In this document: piece by piece, positions 38,267 to 48,700 of the stretch
Numbering within the stretch: the stretch's first letter is position 1
Layout: each line of letters starts with the position of its first letter
Assembly (NCBI GenBank): GCA_965222375.1
Contig: CBDCTZ010000016.1
Coordinates: 2,624,001-2,688,000, forward strand
Reading direction: 5' to 3'
Length of the DNA stretch: 64,000 bases
Origin: Polyangiaceae bacterium
GTDB taxonomy: Bacteria > Myxococcota_A > Polyangia > Polyangiales > Polyangiaceae
The notes under the pieces: generated by a model
Told to the model about the DNA's origin: nothing
The model's input: the letters and a program-made list of their open reading frames with translations, nothing else
Database searches by the model: none
Translations under genes and position numbers: made by a program

Positions 38267-38322
38267 AATTCAGCCGGATCGACGTTGCTCGGGCCTCCAG
38301 TCGAGGCTAGCGTTTTAACACC

Positions 38323-41300
38323 TTGGCGGCACAGTCTACCTCCCTGCAGTTAGCGCCCTCTGCGCCAGCACTTCCGTCCTTCGACGTGCTCGACGATGTG
38401 CTCCGCCAAGCAGGAACCCACGGCATCTTGAGCGTGCGGGTCGAAAGCCCGCGCGTCGCCTTGCCCGTCGCCCGTCATGCGGAGCGGCGCGCGGAGTTGA
38501 TCGGCCGGAAGGTCGCCCGTGCGTCCTTCGCCGCCGAAAGTTCGGCGCGGGATTTGGCGCGCCGCCTGTCTTTGCCCGCGACCGGGAGCGACGCATTCGA
38601 CCTCGCGGAAAGCTTGGCGAAAGCCGCGGATGAAACCAAGGCCATGCTCATCGCACCAGTCACTGCTGGCACGTGGGATGCGCAGGTCTTCAGGATCTTG
38701 TCGGAGAAGAGCACGAGCGCGCTCATCATCTTGATCAGCGAGCAGACGCCAGAGCTATCTGGCGCCACGGAATTCAGCGTTGAAGAGCGCTTGGACGACG
38801 CAGCTGTCGCGCGCTTTTGGGAGTGCGTTTCGGCCCATGCCGGCAGCGGCGCGGCAGGACATATCGGTAAGCTGGACGATTTCGTTCGGTCCGCAGCGTC
38901 CCGAAGCGTTCCGATGCTCAGTGCGGAGCAGAGCGAAACGCTGAGCGCGTTGGTCATGGCCGGCCGTCCTTGGCCCCGGGCTCACGCTTCGGAGCTTGGC
39001 GCTGCGGGACATTGGGATGCCCTGATCGAGAGCGGACAGGTGGAGGTGCGGGACGGGTGGATAGAACCCGCCCCCGGCATCGCCGCTGCACCTTGCTCGG
39101 CTGAGGTGGCTGTCCGTGTCGGCAAAGCCCTCGAGAGCGTATTCCCGCAGGATCCCTGGGCGCTTTCCCGCGCTGCAGAACTGTCTCTCGAGCAATTGGG
39201 TGCCGAAGGCCTCGAAGAGCGCATGCGGCTGGCGCTGGACGCCGCTCGAGACGCGTTCTGCCGAAGTGAGATGTGGAACCGCTGGCGGGAGCTGCTGTCC
39301 CGCATCGACGCCGGTCCCGCTGCGATGCTGCGCGCAGCGGAGCTCGCACTCGATCTCGGCGACGTCGATGTCGCATTGGATTTTGCTCGCCCCTGCGCTG
39401 AGGGCGCCGACCCCTTCCGCCAGAGCCTGCTGCTCGGTCGTGCCTTCTTGGCTCGGGGTGATTTGGTGAGCGCCGAAGCTGGCCTAGCCAAGGCACGCTC
39501 CTCTGCGCCGGGCCCGGAACAAGCCTCGGCGGCGGAGGTGGAACTCGCCGAAACGGCCTATGCGCGAGGCGACTACCAGGAGGCCGGGCAACTCGCCACG
39601 GCGGCCTTGGAGCATGCCAATGGCAAGCAGCGCTTGGGCGCTCGCAACGTGCTGGGTAAGATCTTGCTCGCGCAGGCAGCTTGGGACGAGGCGGACAAGC
39701 ACTTCGCCTCCGACGTGTGCGAAGCCATCGCCGCGGGTGCCAGCACGTGCGAACTACGGGCGCGGGTCAACCGCGCGATCGCGTTGCTATCCCGGGGTAG
39801 CCGAGATGAAGCGCAGGCATTGCTCGAAGGGGTGCTGGCGGACGGTGAATCCCGTCGCGAGCCTCGCGCAGTTGCCTTCGCGCTGTCCAACTTGGCAGTT
39901 CTGGCCATCGAGCGTCACGAGCATGCCAAAGGGCTGGACTTGCTCGAGCAGACCACGAGCGTGCATCGGCGGCTCGGGGATCGACTGGGCTTCGCCCGAG
40001 ACGTGGCCAACCTCGTCGAGCTGCGACTGCGGCTCGGCCTGGTGGAACATGCCGAACAGGGGTTGCGCTTCGGACGCCAGGCCCTGGGCGCTGGTGCTCC
40101 TCCGTCGCGCCTCACGGAGCTCGCGCTCGCCACGGCGCGCCTGCACCTGGTGTGCGGTCGAACCTTGGACGCGGAGCGAGAGCTCGGATGTGCGTTGCGG
40201 GCGGCGGCCCACGCCTCGGACGGCGACAAGGCCGGCGAGTGCCACCGCCTAGAAGCTCGCGTCGCCTTGGAGGACGGCATGGTGGCCCGGGCCATCAAAG
40301 CTACGGATGCTTCCGAAGCGCTTGCCGCGTCTCCCTTCGACCACGCGGAGATCGCGTTGCTCCGTGCTCTGATTGCCAGGTCGTCCGGCGCACGCGCGGA
40401 CGAGTTGGCGGAGGAGGCCGTGCAGGCCGCACGTAGGACCGGAGACGAAGAATTGCGACGCGAGGCCCACGTCACGGCGGCGGAAATCGCGCTGGCTGTC
40501 GGCGATGAGGATACCGCTGCCGAGCACACTCGCTTGGCTGTCGCTCTGCGGGATCACATCGCGGACGGACTCACCGGTACGCTCCGGGATGCCTACCTCG
40601 CCCGCCCGGATCTGGTGCGCCTTGCGCGGCTGGAGCGTGCCAGCGCCGTTCCGACCGAGGCTCCGACGGCGGCCCCCGTCCGGACGCTGAGCCGTGCCGC
40701 CAAAAAGGCCGAGGCAACCTACGTGGGGCGGGATCCTGCGGTTCGCTCGCTGCTCTCCTCGGCTCGCCGTGTGGCTCCCACCGACGCGACTTTGCTGGTC
40801 CTCGGGGAAAGTGGCACCGGAAAAGAGCTCATTGCCGAGTTGGTACATCGCGCAAGTCGACGCAGCGACGGCCCACTGGTGAAGGTCAACTGCGCCGCCC
40901 TCGTCGAAAGCTTGCTGCTCTCCGAGTTGTTTGGGCACGAAAAGGGCTCCTTCACGGGTGCTACTTCTCGCAAGCGCGGTCGCTTCGAGCGCGCCAATGG
41001 CGGCACGCTGTTCCTGGACGAAATCGGTGACATCTCACCGCGCACACAGGTTGCTTTGCTCCGAGTCCTGGAGGAGCGCCGGATCGAGCGCGTGGGAGGC
41101 ACCGCCTCCATTCCCGTGGACGTGCGGATCGTGTGTGCCACGAATCGCAACATCAAGACGATGGTCGAAAAGGGTCAGTTCCGCGAGGACCTGTACTACC
41201 GACTCGCGGGAATCACCTTGGAGATCCCCGCGCTGCGGGAGCGCTCTGGGGATCTGCCGCTCTTGGCCGATGCTCTGCTGTCTCGGATCGCTCGGGAGCG

Positions 41301-41784
41301 GGACGAAGCGCCCAAGTCCCTGTCGCCGGAAGCGATGCAGCTGATCATGCGCTATCGCTGGCCCGGCAACGTTCGAGAGTTCGAAAACGCGTTGCGCGCG
41401 GCGTCCCTCTTCAGCGCCGATCAAGTCATCGGGGTCACAGATTTGGTCGAGCATGTCGAGGCGCTCCGGCGAGTGGCCTCGGAGCCCACCAGCGCGCCCG
41501 CGGAATCCGCGCGGCGCACCACCTTGCCTCCCCCACCCGAAATGTTGGGTGACCTATCCGCTTCCGGGCAGGACCCGGTAAGCACCGTCGTCTACCGTGA
41601 GATTCGCCACGGTGGCACCAGCCTGGCTGATTTGAAACGCAACATCGAAAAAGAATGTATCGCTCGGGCTCTCTCTGAGACCGGGGGTAACATCACCCGC
41701 GCCGCAGCCCTTCTGGGCATGAAGCGGCCGCGGCTCAGCCAGCTCGTAAAGCAATACGAGCTGTCGACGGAGGAGGCTTCGTGA
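38323..41784 (+). CDS. Sigma54 enhancer-binding protein with a ~780-aa N-terminal region (alpha/beta segment, then TPR-like helices) and no receiver domain
   Basis: Walker [23 protein letters not shown] loop, Walker [27 protein letters not shown], Fis-type [18 protein letters not shown]-like helices such as [17 protein letters not shown] and [16 protein letters not shown] start uncertain. Confidence 0.92.
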   Translation: MAAQSTSLQLAPSAPALPSFDVLDDVLRQAGTHGILSVRVESPRVALPVARHAERRAELIGRKVARASFAAESSARDLARRLSLPATGSDAFDLAESLAKAADETKAMLIAPVTAGTWDAQVFRILSEKSTSALIILISEQTPELSGATEFSVEERLDDAAVARFWECVSAHAGSGAAGHIGKLDDFVRSAASRSVPMLSAEQSETLSALVMAGRPWPRAHASELGAAGHWDALIESGQVEVRDGWIEPAPGIAAAPCSAEVAVRVGKALESVFPQDPWALSRAAELSLEQLGAEGLEERMRLALDAARDAFCRSEMWNRWRELLSRIDAGPAAMLRAAELALDLGDVDVALDFARPCAEGADPFRQSLLLGRAFLARGDLVSAEAGLAKARSSAPGPEQASAAEVELAETAYARGDYQEAGQLATAALEHANGKQRLGARNVLGKILLAQAAWDEADKHFASDVCEAIAAGASTCELRARVNRAIALLSRGSRDEAQALLEGVLADGESRREPRAVAFALSNLAVLAIERHEHAKGLDLLEQTTSVHRRLGDRLGFARDVANLVELRLRLGLVEHAEQGLRFGRQALGAGAPPSRLTELALATARLHLVCGRTLDAERELGCALRAAAHASDGDKAGECHRLEARVALEDGMVARAIKATDASEALAASPFDHAEIALLRALIARSSGARADELAEEAVQAARRTGDEELRREAHVTAAEIALAVGDEDTAAEHTRLAVALRDHIADGLTGTLRDAYLARPDLVRLARLERASAVPTEAPTAAPVRTLSRAAKKAEATYVGRDPAVRSLLSSARRVAPTDATLLVLGESGTGKELIAELVHRASRRSDGPLVKVNCAALVESLLLSELFGHEKGSFTGATSRKRGRFERANGGTLFLDEIGDISPRTQVALLRVLEERRIERVGGTASIPVDVRIVCATNRNIKTMVEKGQFREDLYYRLAGITLEIPALRERSGDLPLLADALLSRIARERDEAPKSLSPEAMQLIMRYRWPGNVREFENALRAASLFSADQVIGVTDLVEHVEALRRVASEPTSAPAESARRTTLPPPPEMLGDLSASGQDPVSTVVYREIRHGGTSLADLKRNIEKECIARALSETGGNITRAAALLGMKRPRLSQLVKQYELSTEEAS

Positions 41785-42167
41785 TGCGCCGCATCCTTTT
41801 CCTCGCAATTCCACTGTTCGCCCTGGGCGGCTGCACAGCCGAACTCGTGGATCCCGACTATCAAGAAGACGACTACGAACTCGACGTCAACGATGACCCC
41901 GAGCAGGGGCATCAGGAACAATCCGTCACCTTGGAGACACTCCGAGATCCGGTGTTGTCTAGTCGGGATGGCGAGCCCAAAGGTCCGTCGCCCTATCCCT
42001 GGGTGGCGCGAGACCCCGCTGGCAGCCCTACTCCCTATCCCTGGGAGACGGAGAAAGACAACAACGGCAAGGGCGATTCTGAGACCGGTGAAGGTCAGAA
42101 TCAGGGCGGCGACAGCAACAACCCGAGCGGCGCCAATAGCCAGGAACAGCAATCGAGCAATCACTGA
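41784..42167 (+). CDS. Small acidic, disordered lipoprotein carrying two P(S/T)PYPW motifs
   Basis: Strong SD GGAGGAGG. ATG overlaps the activator stop (TGATG). Lipobox LFALGG-C. PSPYPW at 41985-42002 and PTPYPW at 42027-42044. Confidence 0.8.
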   Translation: MRRILFLAIPLFALGGCTAELVDPDYQEDDYELDVNDDPEQGHQEQSVTLETLRDPVLSSRDGEPKGPSPYPWVARDPAGSPTPYPWETEKDNNGKGDSETGEGQNQGGDSNNPSGANSQEQQSSNH

Positions 42168-42246
42168 GGTGAGCCGTTGCGACCCCTCTGAGCGCCCCTA
42201 GCTGCGGCGGACGGCCCACGGGATTCGGGCTACGCTGGATAATCGC

Positions 42247-44355
42247 ATGGATCTCCGCACGCGAACCAGCCTGTTCTGCGGCGCACTTGCGTTAGCAATC
42301 GCAGGCTCCATTCTGCTGCGTGGGCGGCGCCGTCGCGCGGACCTCTTCTTTTCTGCTTTCGCTGCTGACATCGGGCTCTGGTACATCGCTCAGTGGCTGT
42401 ACCACTTCGTTCAGGCCGACGTTTGGGTGCGCTTCACCGCAATCTTGGCTGTGCTGCTTCCACAGTTGGCGATCAACCTGTTCGAGGTCATCGTTCCACG
42501 ACTGGAGCGGCGTTCCACCCTGGTGCGCGTAGCGGGCGTCCTCCTGGTGCCCATGCTGGTGTTGGTACTGTCGCCGCAACACCGCCACGCCCTGGTGCGC
42601 GGCGCGGTCATGCTCTACGTGTTCGGGCTCTTCGCGGCGGGTCTTTACAGCCTGGCCCGAAGGGGTGAACGCAGCCAATCCAGAGCCACTCAGCGACGGG
42701 TGCGCTTCCTCGTCTTCACGGGAGCATCTGCCGCTCTGTTTTCCCTCGCGGACTTTCTTTGGTTCATCGGAGCTCCGCTGCCCCCCGTGGGCGCCGTCTT
42801 GGCAATCGTCTTCTTGTTCATGCTCGCGGAATCTATGATTCGCGAGCGGTTGGTCGATCTCTACGACATCCTTGGCCAGCTCGTGGTGTCCACGGCGCTG
42901 GCGTTCTGCTTGGCCGGGATCTTCTACGTCTTCGTTGTGCTCGTGGGCGGTTTCTCCACGATGTACCTGAACGCGATCCTGGCCTCGATCGTGATCTTAG
43001 TGCTGTTCGAGCCACTTCGGGATAAGGTCGAGCAATATATCCACCGAGCGTTTTTCCTCGAGCGCGTGGATCTCGAGCGAGCCGTGCAGAACGCCCGGCG
43101 ACAGCTCGTGCACGTGCTTCAGGTCAGCGAAATGGTCCAGGTTGTCATGACCGAGCTCGAGGCCTCGCGTCGCGCGACCGGCGCTGCACTATTCCTGCGA
43201 GATCCCATCGGTCAGGACTTCGAGCTCGGGCTGTCCTTTGGGCCCCCGGCTCCAGCGCGCATCGACAGCGCGGTCGCTCGCCCTTTGGTGGATCGCCTGG
43301 AAAAGGGTCCTCTCGTTCTGGAGGAGCTGGTCGACGATGTGCTGGAGCGCCGCAAGGCGCCGCGAACGGCGGCGTTGGAGTCGGAAGAGCGAGTCTTGGC
43401 AGCAGCGGAGGTGCTGGGGGCGCTCAAAAACGGGGTGGTGACACCTATCCGTGGCGAAAACAAGGGCGTGATCGGGCTGTTGCTCGTGGTGGACGATCGC
43501 GTCCGAGACGCATTTTCCCCCGATGACGTGGCGCTGCTGGATGCCTTGGCCGTACAGATCGCCGTCGTGATCGAGAACTCGAAGCAGTACCGCCGGCTGC
43601 AGGAGCGAGATCGCCTGGCAGCGCTAGGCCAGATGGCTGCGGGCTTGGCCCATGAAGTGAAGAATCCCCTAGGTGCCATCAAGGGAGCCGCGCAGCTTCT
43701 GGACGATCCCGAGGACGGATCCGAGCTCGAGCCCCAAGCTCAGGAGTTCATCGGGATTATTTTGGAGGAGGTAGAGCGCCTCGATCGGGTGGTCGGCTCC
43801 GTGTTGGACTACGCGAGGCCGTCCAAGGGTAACCCCGGCGTCATCGACGCGAACGCCGTGGTGCGCCGCACACTGCAGGTGCTGCGCCCAGAAGGAGAAT
43901 CCACCCACGTCGAGTTGGAGCTGGCGGAAAACGTTCCTGCTGTTCGTGCAGATGCCGAGCAGCTGCGCCAGGTCTTGATGAACCTTGTGCTGAATGCCCA
44001 GGACTGCGGCGCCTCCAAGATCGAAGTGAGCACGGCGTTGCGGGATCGACTCGGGCTCTCAGAGGCCAAGTGGGTCGCGATTGCCGTGAAGGACAACGGA
44101 CCCGGGATCGCTCCCGAGGTGCGAAGCAACCTCTTTGTTCCTTTTTTCACCACCAAGGACCGCGGTACTGGCTTGGGCCTGGCCATCAGCCAGCGCATGG
44201 TCGAGGAGATGGGGGGCCGGATTGAGGTCAGCTCCCAGCCCGGGCAGGGGGCGACCTTCACGGTCGTCCTGCCAGCCCAGCTACCGGCCAGAACGGGGCG
44301 GAAAGAGCTCCCGAGCGTCAATCCCGCAGGTGGCCCCGAGCCCAAGCTGGCCTGA
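42247..44355 (+). CDS. Sensor histidine kinase: multi-TM N-terminus, GAF, HisKA, HATPase
   Basis: About 8-9 hydrophobic segments, GAF-like segment ending FSPDDVALLDALA.Q.A..IEN, H-box LAHEVKNPL, N-box NLVLNA, DNGPGI, FFTTK, GTGLGL. Confidence 0.93.
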   Translation: MDLRTRTSLFCGALALAIAGSILLRGRRRRADLFFSAFAADIGLWYIAQWLYHFVQADVWVRFTAILAVLLPQLAINLFEVIVPRLERRSTLVRVAGVLLVPMLVLVLSPQHRHALVRGAVMLYVFGLFAAGLYSLARRGERSQSRATQRRVRFLVFTGASAALFSLADFLWFIGAPLPPVGAVLAIVFLFMLAESMIRERLVDLYDILGQLVVSTALAFCLAGIFYVFVVLVGGFSTMYLNAILASIVILVLFEPLRDKVEQYIHRAFFLERVDLERAVQNARRQLVHVLQVSEMVQVVMTELEASRRATGAALFLRDPIGQDFELGLSFGPPAPARIDSAVARPLVDRLEKGPLVLEELVDDVLERRKAPRTAALESEERVLAAAEVLGALKNGVVTPIRGENKGVIGLLLVVDDRVRDAFSPDDVALLDALAVQIAVVIENSKQYRRLQERDRLAALGQMAAGLAHEVKNPLGAIKGAAQLLDDPEDGSELEPQAQEFIGIILEEVERLDRVVGSVLDYARPSKGNPGVIDANAVVRRTLQVLRPEGESTHVELELAENVPAVRADAEQLRQVLMNLVLNAQDCGASKIEVSTALRDRLGLSEAKWVAIAVKDNGPGIAPEVRSNLFVPFFTTKDRGTGLGLAISQRMVEEMGGRIEVSSQPGQGATFTVVLPAQLPARTGRKELPSVNPAGGPEPKLA

Positions 44356-44650
44356 GCGCCGGAGCCCCGACGGCCGTCCTGGAGACTGGCCAAACCAGCA
44401 GCATTTCTCCCGCATTGCTTGACCCTATCTCCGCGAAGGCCCTATCTTTTTGGGCAAAACAGAGCACTGCTGACTGCCCGCCGCCCCCGGGGTAGGACCA
44501 TCTCGCCGTAGAGCAACCGATGACAATTCTCGTGCCCCCAAAACTGGTCATCGCTGGGGAGGAAGTGTCCTCCGCCTCCGGCCACGCGCGTGGGCGAAGA
44601 TCCTTCGACGCAATGTCTTCCAACGGGAGCGCCTGCCGAAGCCCACGGGC

Positions 44651-45601
44651 TTGATGGCGATGCTCGGCATGACGCAAGGTTCCAGCAGCCGACTCGCGTT
44701 GCGGTTCATCTCTGGCAAGTACCAGGGAGGCGAGTTCCCCATCGAGGAGGGGCGTCCCATCGTAATTGGGCGCTCCAGCGAGCTCGATATGGTGCTGGTC
44801 GAAGAGATGGTTTCTCGGCGCCACGCGCAAATCGAAATGCGTGGCGGTGTCATCTCGATTCAAGATTTAGGGTCCACCAACGGCACATTCGTCAACGGCG
44901 AGAAGATCCAGAACGCGGTGCTCCGTGAGGGTGACCGCGTTTTGGTCGGCACCAGTATTCTCAAGGTCGTGACCGTTGCCGGGGACGCGCCATCATCCAA
45001 GAGCGATCTGGAGGGCGTTGCCGCCAAACACGAAGCACAAGGTCGCGGCGAAGCGCCACGCATGAGCGGCAACCTCGAGGAAATCCCGCTGCCGGACTTG
45101 CTCCAGCTCTTTGGCACCTCGCGCAAGACCGGTGTGTTGGTGTTGCGGAGCTCGGACCAGGTGGGGCGCATCTACCTCGATCAGGGCCGACTCCACTTTG
45201 CCGAGCTCGAAGGCGTGGCGCATCTGCCACCGGACAAAGCCTTTTATCGAATGCTCAAGATGCAGCAGGGGTTGTTCGAACTCGATCCACCCGCCGAGCA
45301 AGAGTTTGCCGAGCCCATGGACATGGGCGTGCAGGAAGCGCTGATGGAGGGCTTTCGTCAGCAGGACGAACTCCAGGCGCTTTTGGGGCGGTTGCCGCCG
45401 GTTGAGTCGCGGCTCATTTTGCGCACACCCCTCGAAGCACCACTGCACGAGTTGGAGCCCACGCACCTGGACTTGCTCCAGACCGCGCTGAACTCGCCTA
45501 CTCTCGAGTCACTATTTGACCGCAGCAAAGTGACAGATCTGCAAACCGCAGAAATTGTCCAATCTCTGATCAAGCGCGGTTACCTACAGGTCGCCGAATA
45601 G
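44651..45601 (+). CDS. FHA + DUF4388 protein
   Basis: FHA motifs IGRS, VSRRHA, DLGSTNGTFVNG. DUF4388 MSGNLEEIPLPDLLQL....RKTGVL...GRIY..QG. The start may be ATG 44654 or 44669. Confidence 0.88.
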   Translation: MMAMLGMTQGSSSRLALRFISGKYQGGEFPIEEGRPIVIGRSSELDMVLVEEMVSRRHAQIEMRGGVISIQDLGSTNGTFVNGEKIQNAVLREGDRVLVGTSILKVVTVAGDAPSSKSDLEGVAAKHEAQGRGEAPRMSGNLEEIPLPDLLQLFGTSRKTGVLVLRSSDQVGRIYLDQGRLHFAELEGVAHLPPDKAFYRMLKMQQGLFELDPPAEQEFAEPMDMGVQEALMEGFRQQDELQALLGRLPPVESRLILRTPLEAPLHELEPTHLDLLQTALNSPTLESLFDRSKVTDLQTAEIVQSLIKRGYLQVAE

Positions 45602-45770
45602 ACCCATCTCTGGTTTCCGGCGAGGCTGCGTCCAAGTTGCCGAGTAGTCGCGCCTCTGCTTTTGTTGGGGATGGCGCACCCCTGCCGTCATCGGGAGTTC
45701 TTCGGGTTTCGCGAAGCGCGTTCGCGAGGCAAAGGGTGTCGCTACTCGGTTGTGGCCCCGCCGTGACGCT

Positions 45771-48700
45771 CTAGTTGCCGCTGCTGCTCGCGCCGATCGC
45801 CTTGCGTAGCTCCACCGCCGCATTCAAGAGGTCGACGTAGCTGCGGAACTCCTGGGCATAGACGGCGCTGAGCAGGATCGGCTGGCCGTTGTCGTCGCGC
45901 TCGACTGTGACTTGACCATACTGATCGAGCACAGGGTTTTCGGAGCCGCCTTCGACCTGGTAGGCGCGGGCGAGTAGCAGATTGGCTGTGCGCAGCATGC
46001 GCGAGCCGATGCCCTTGTCGACGGTCTTGCCCATGGCAGTATCGGGACCGAACTTCTTTGCGACGTAGGTGAACTTGCTCTCAGGGTTGTAGAAACGAAC
46101 CTGCTCGGCATCTGGGACGCCCGGCTCGTCGCTCAGCCCTGCGAGCCAGATCTGCAGCTTGTCCGAGAGGGCAGCGTCACTACTGCTACGGGCGAAGATG
46201 TGGGCGAACACCAGCGCGCCGACTTGTTGTTTGTAGCCGATGTTCGGGAACAAGGTGCGGGCGCCACCGGGACGCGTTGGATTGTCGCCAAACAAGTTCG
46301 TTGAGTGAAGCGCCGACGTTTCCGTGGCTGAACCGCCGACGACGTAGGGAGCAATTGTTTCGAAATCTGAGGAAAGCACTGCGCCTAGCAGGCGATCGAA
46401 GGCCTGGGGCATGTCCGTGCGGAAGTTCACGTTGACGTTGTCGCTGTCGAGGTACGACTCGCGCACGACCGAAAGAAACACCGAGCGGGTGTCGAGTAGT
46501 GCGCGAGTGGCGTCGGACTTTTCGACGCCGAAGCCCGTCCAGCTTGGCTTGAAGGGATAGTCCCACTGGTAGGCGCCGAAGGGGTCTCCCGAGAAGTCCG
46601 GGTGGACATGACGGCCCGTCGAGGCGTCCACGAGCAGCGACTTGCTCTCGGCGCCACCACAGTCCGCGTCGAGCAGACGCGTCGTCTGAGCTGGGCCTGG
46701 ATCGCACAGCCCATAGGTGCCGATTTGGGGCATGAGAAGGGTGCGCGCGAGGGCTTCGAAAATGTCGCTAGCCGCCAGCGTTTGGGGGCGCGCCCAGTCG
46801 TCAGATCGAGACAGCAAGCCAAACAGTGCCCCATTGGCTTCCGCCAGCTCCGACGAATTCCATCCGGGTGCATCCGCGGGGCCCACAAGGCCACCAAGGC
46901 GCCCAGTGTCCATTGCCATGCTCCAGTGCAGAGCGCGAAGGCGTCCGAGCGCTGTCCGAGTTGCCCGGGACGGCTTTGGCGCTTGGAAAAAGTCCCAATC
47001 GTGATTCCTGCGGCTGAAGTAGGTGAAGGGGTACTGCGCGTCGAGTTGGTTGATGATCGAACGAGTAACTTCGTAGACATCCGCTCCTGAATCCGACGAA
47101 TTGATGTGCGGATACGCGCCGCTCAGACGGCCCCAACGGTAGGGCCAGCGGATTGCGCCGCCCGCCGTGGACACGGTCGGCTTCACGCGCCACTTCAACA
47201 GTGGCTCGCTGATCTCGTTCGACGGTGGAGTGCCGTTCTCGAAGTCTCGCCAGAAAGCAAAGTCCCTTGGGGGCGGCGCGCAGAGTCTGCCGTGCACGAC
47301 GCGCCACTGACCTTGCGCGCGTTCCTCCTTCGTCGCCTCGCGACAGCGCTCGGGGTCGAAAAGCTTCAGTCGGCGCGCCTGCTCGGAGTAGTGCATGGGT
47401 TGCAAGAACGGACCCGAGCCGAACAGCTTTGCTGTCGGAAGCGCTTTGCCCGACTCAACTGTTATGCCCTTCACCAGATCCGGGTTGGACCATACGACCA
47501 AGTTGGCTTCGGAAAGCTGCGACCAGTTCCGGTAGGCAAAGGGGGCCGTGTCGGCGTCCGAGTAGCCTCGCTCCCGATCGAAGGCCTGCAGCAGACGACC
47601 GTAGAGTGCGTTCATGCTCAGCAGGTCGAACTGACCCAGACCGGCAGTCTCGGAGAAGCGTTCACCTGGATACTCCAGGGCTGAGGTTTGACCGAAGTAG
47701 GAGAGCCCGGGACGTGACTCATTGCCGCGGCCCAGCTCATCCGGGGTTTCCGGGTCGAGGTAGCGTGGGCCCATGCATGCCGAACCCTCTTGTTGCGGCT
47801 GGCCTCTGCAATCGGCGCCCGCGCCGCTGGAGTTCACTCTGGTGAGTGCAGTCTCGCCGCTTCGCAGCTGCCAGTATTGTGGCAGGAAGTTCATGCTGTC
47901 GTAGCTAGAAGCGAGCTGGTGCAGCATGCCCAGGGAGTGACCTATCCCGTGCAGCTGCATCCCCATGAAGCTCTCCCGCCACAGTTCAGTGTAGATGAGC
48001 TCGCTGCGTTTTTGCGCAAGCGTATCGTCGCTGGCTTGCACCAGTTCTGGGGAGCCGTTTCGAATCGCTTGGTTGCTGTACTTCTCCGCAAAGAAGCGCG
48101 CGACGCCCTGGATATCCAGGTTGCCGATATTGGCTGCGTCAGTTTCTGGATAGCAGATGCCGCGCTCCTGCATACGCAGATCGATCAACTGCTGGGCGTG
48201 TTCGGTTTGCCCGTGGTCCATGCCTCGGAGCGGTGACACAATGTCCATCACGTCCGACAGCTTGGTCTGTTTGGGCTTCATGCCGGCCGCATCGAGCACC
48301 CAGTTTGGTGTGAGCATCTGGGTCTCGAATGCGGATCCCCTAACGTTTTGGGCGGCGGCGTCGAACTCTGGGTGGAAGGTGGAGGCGGGGCCTATCCCGG
48401 CGACACGATGGGCGCGCAGCTTCAACAACTCGAGGCTCTTGTGCTTGGCGGTTTCGCCAGTGAGGAGCTTCTTTCCCGTCACCTGGGCGGCTGCGTGCGA
48501 CGCATCGACGTTGTCGACGCGTTGCTCCAGCTCCGACGCAGTGAAGGTTCGCGGCGCGCGGCCCTGTTGCAGTCGGCGGACGAGGAGTTGAGCCGAAGTG
48601 CCACTGGTGATGTCTTCGAAAGACAGCTCGCCATTGGCAATCAGAATGATGTCTCGGAGCAACGCCGCCGTTTGCGCGGTAGCACGGCTGAGCGTAGTTG

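Noticed and set aside
44520..44654. 44-codon ORF upstream of the FHA gene as a leader peptide
   Set aside because: It has no SD, no distinctive composition and no attenuator structure that I could see.
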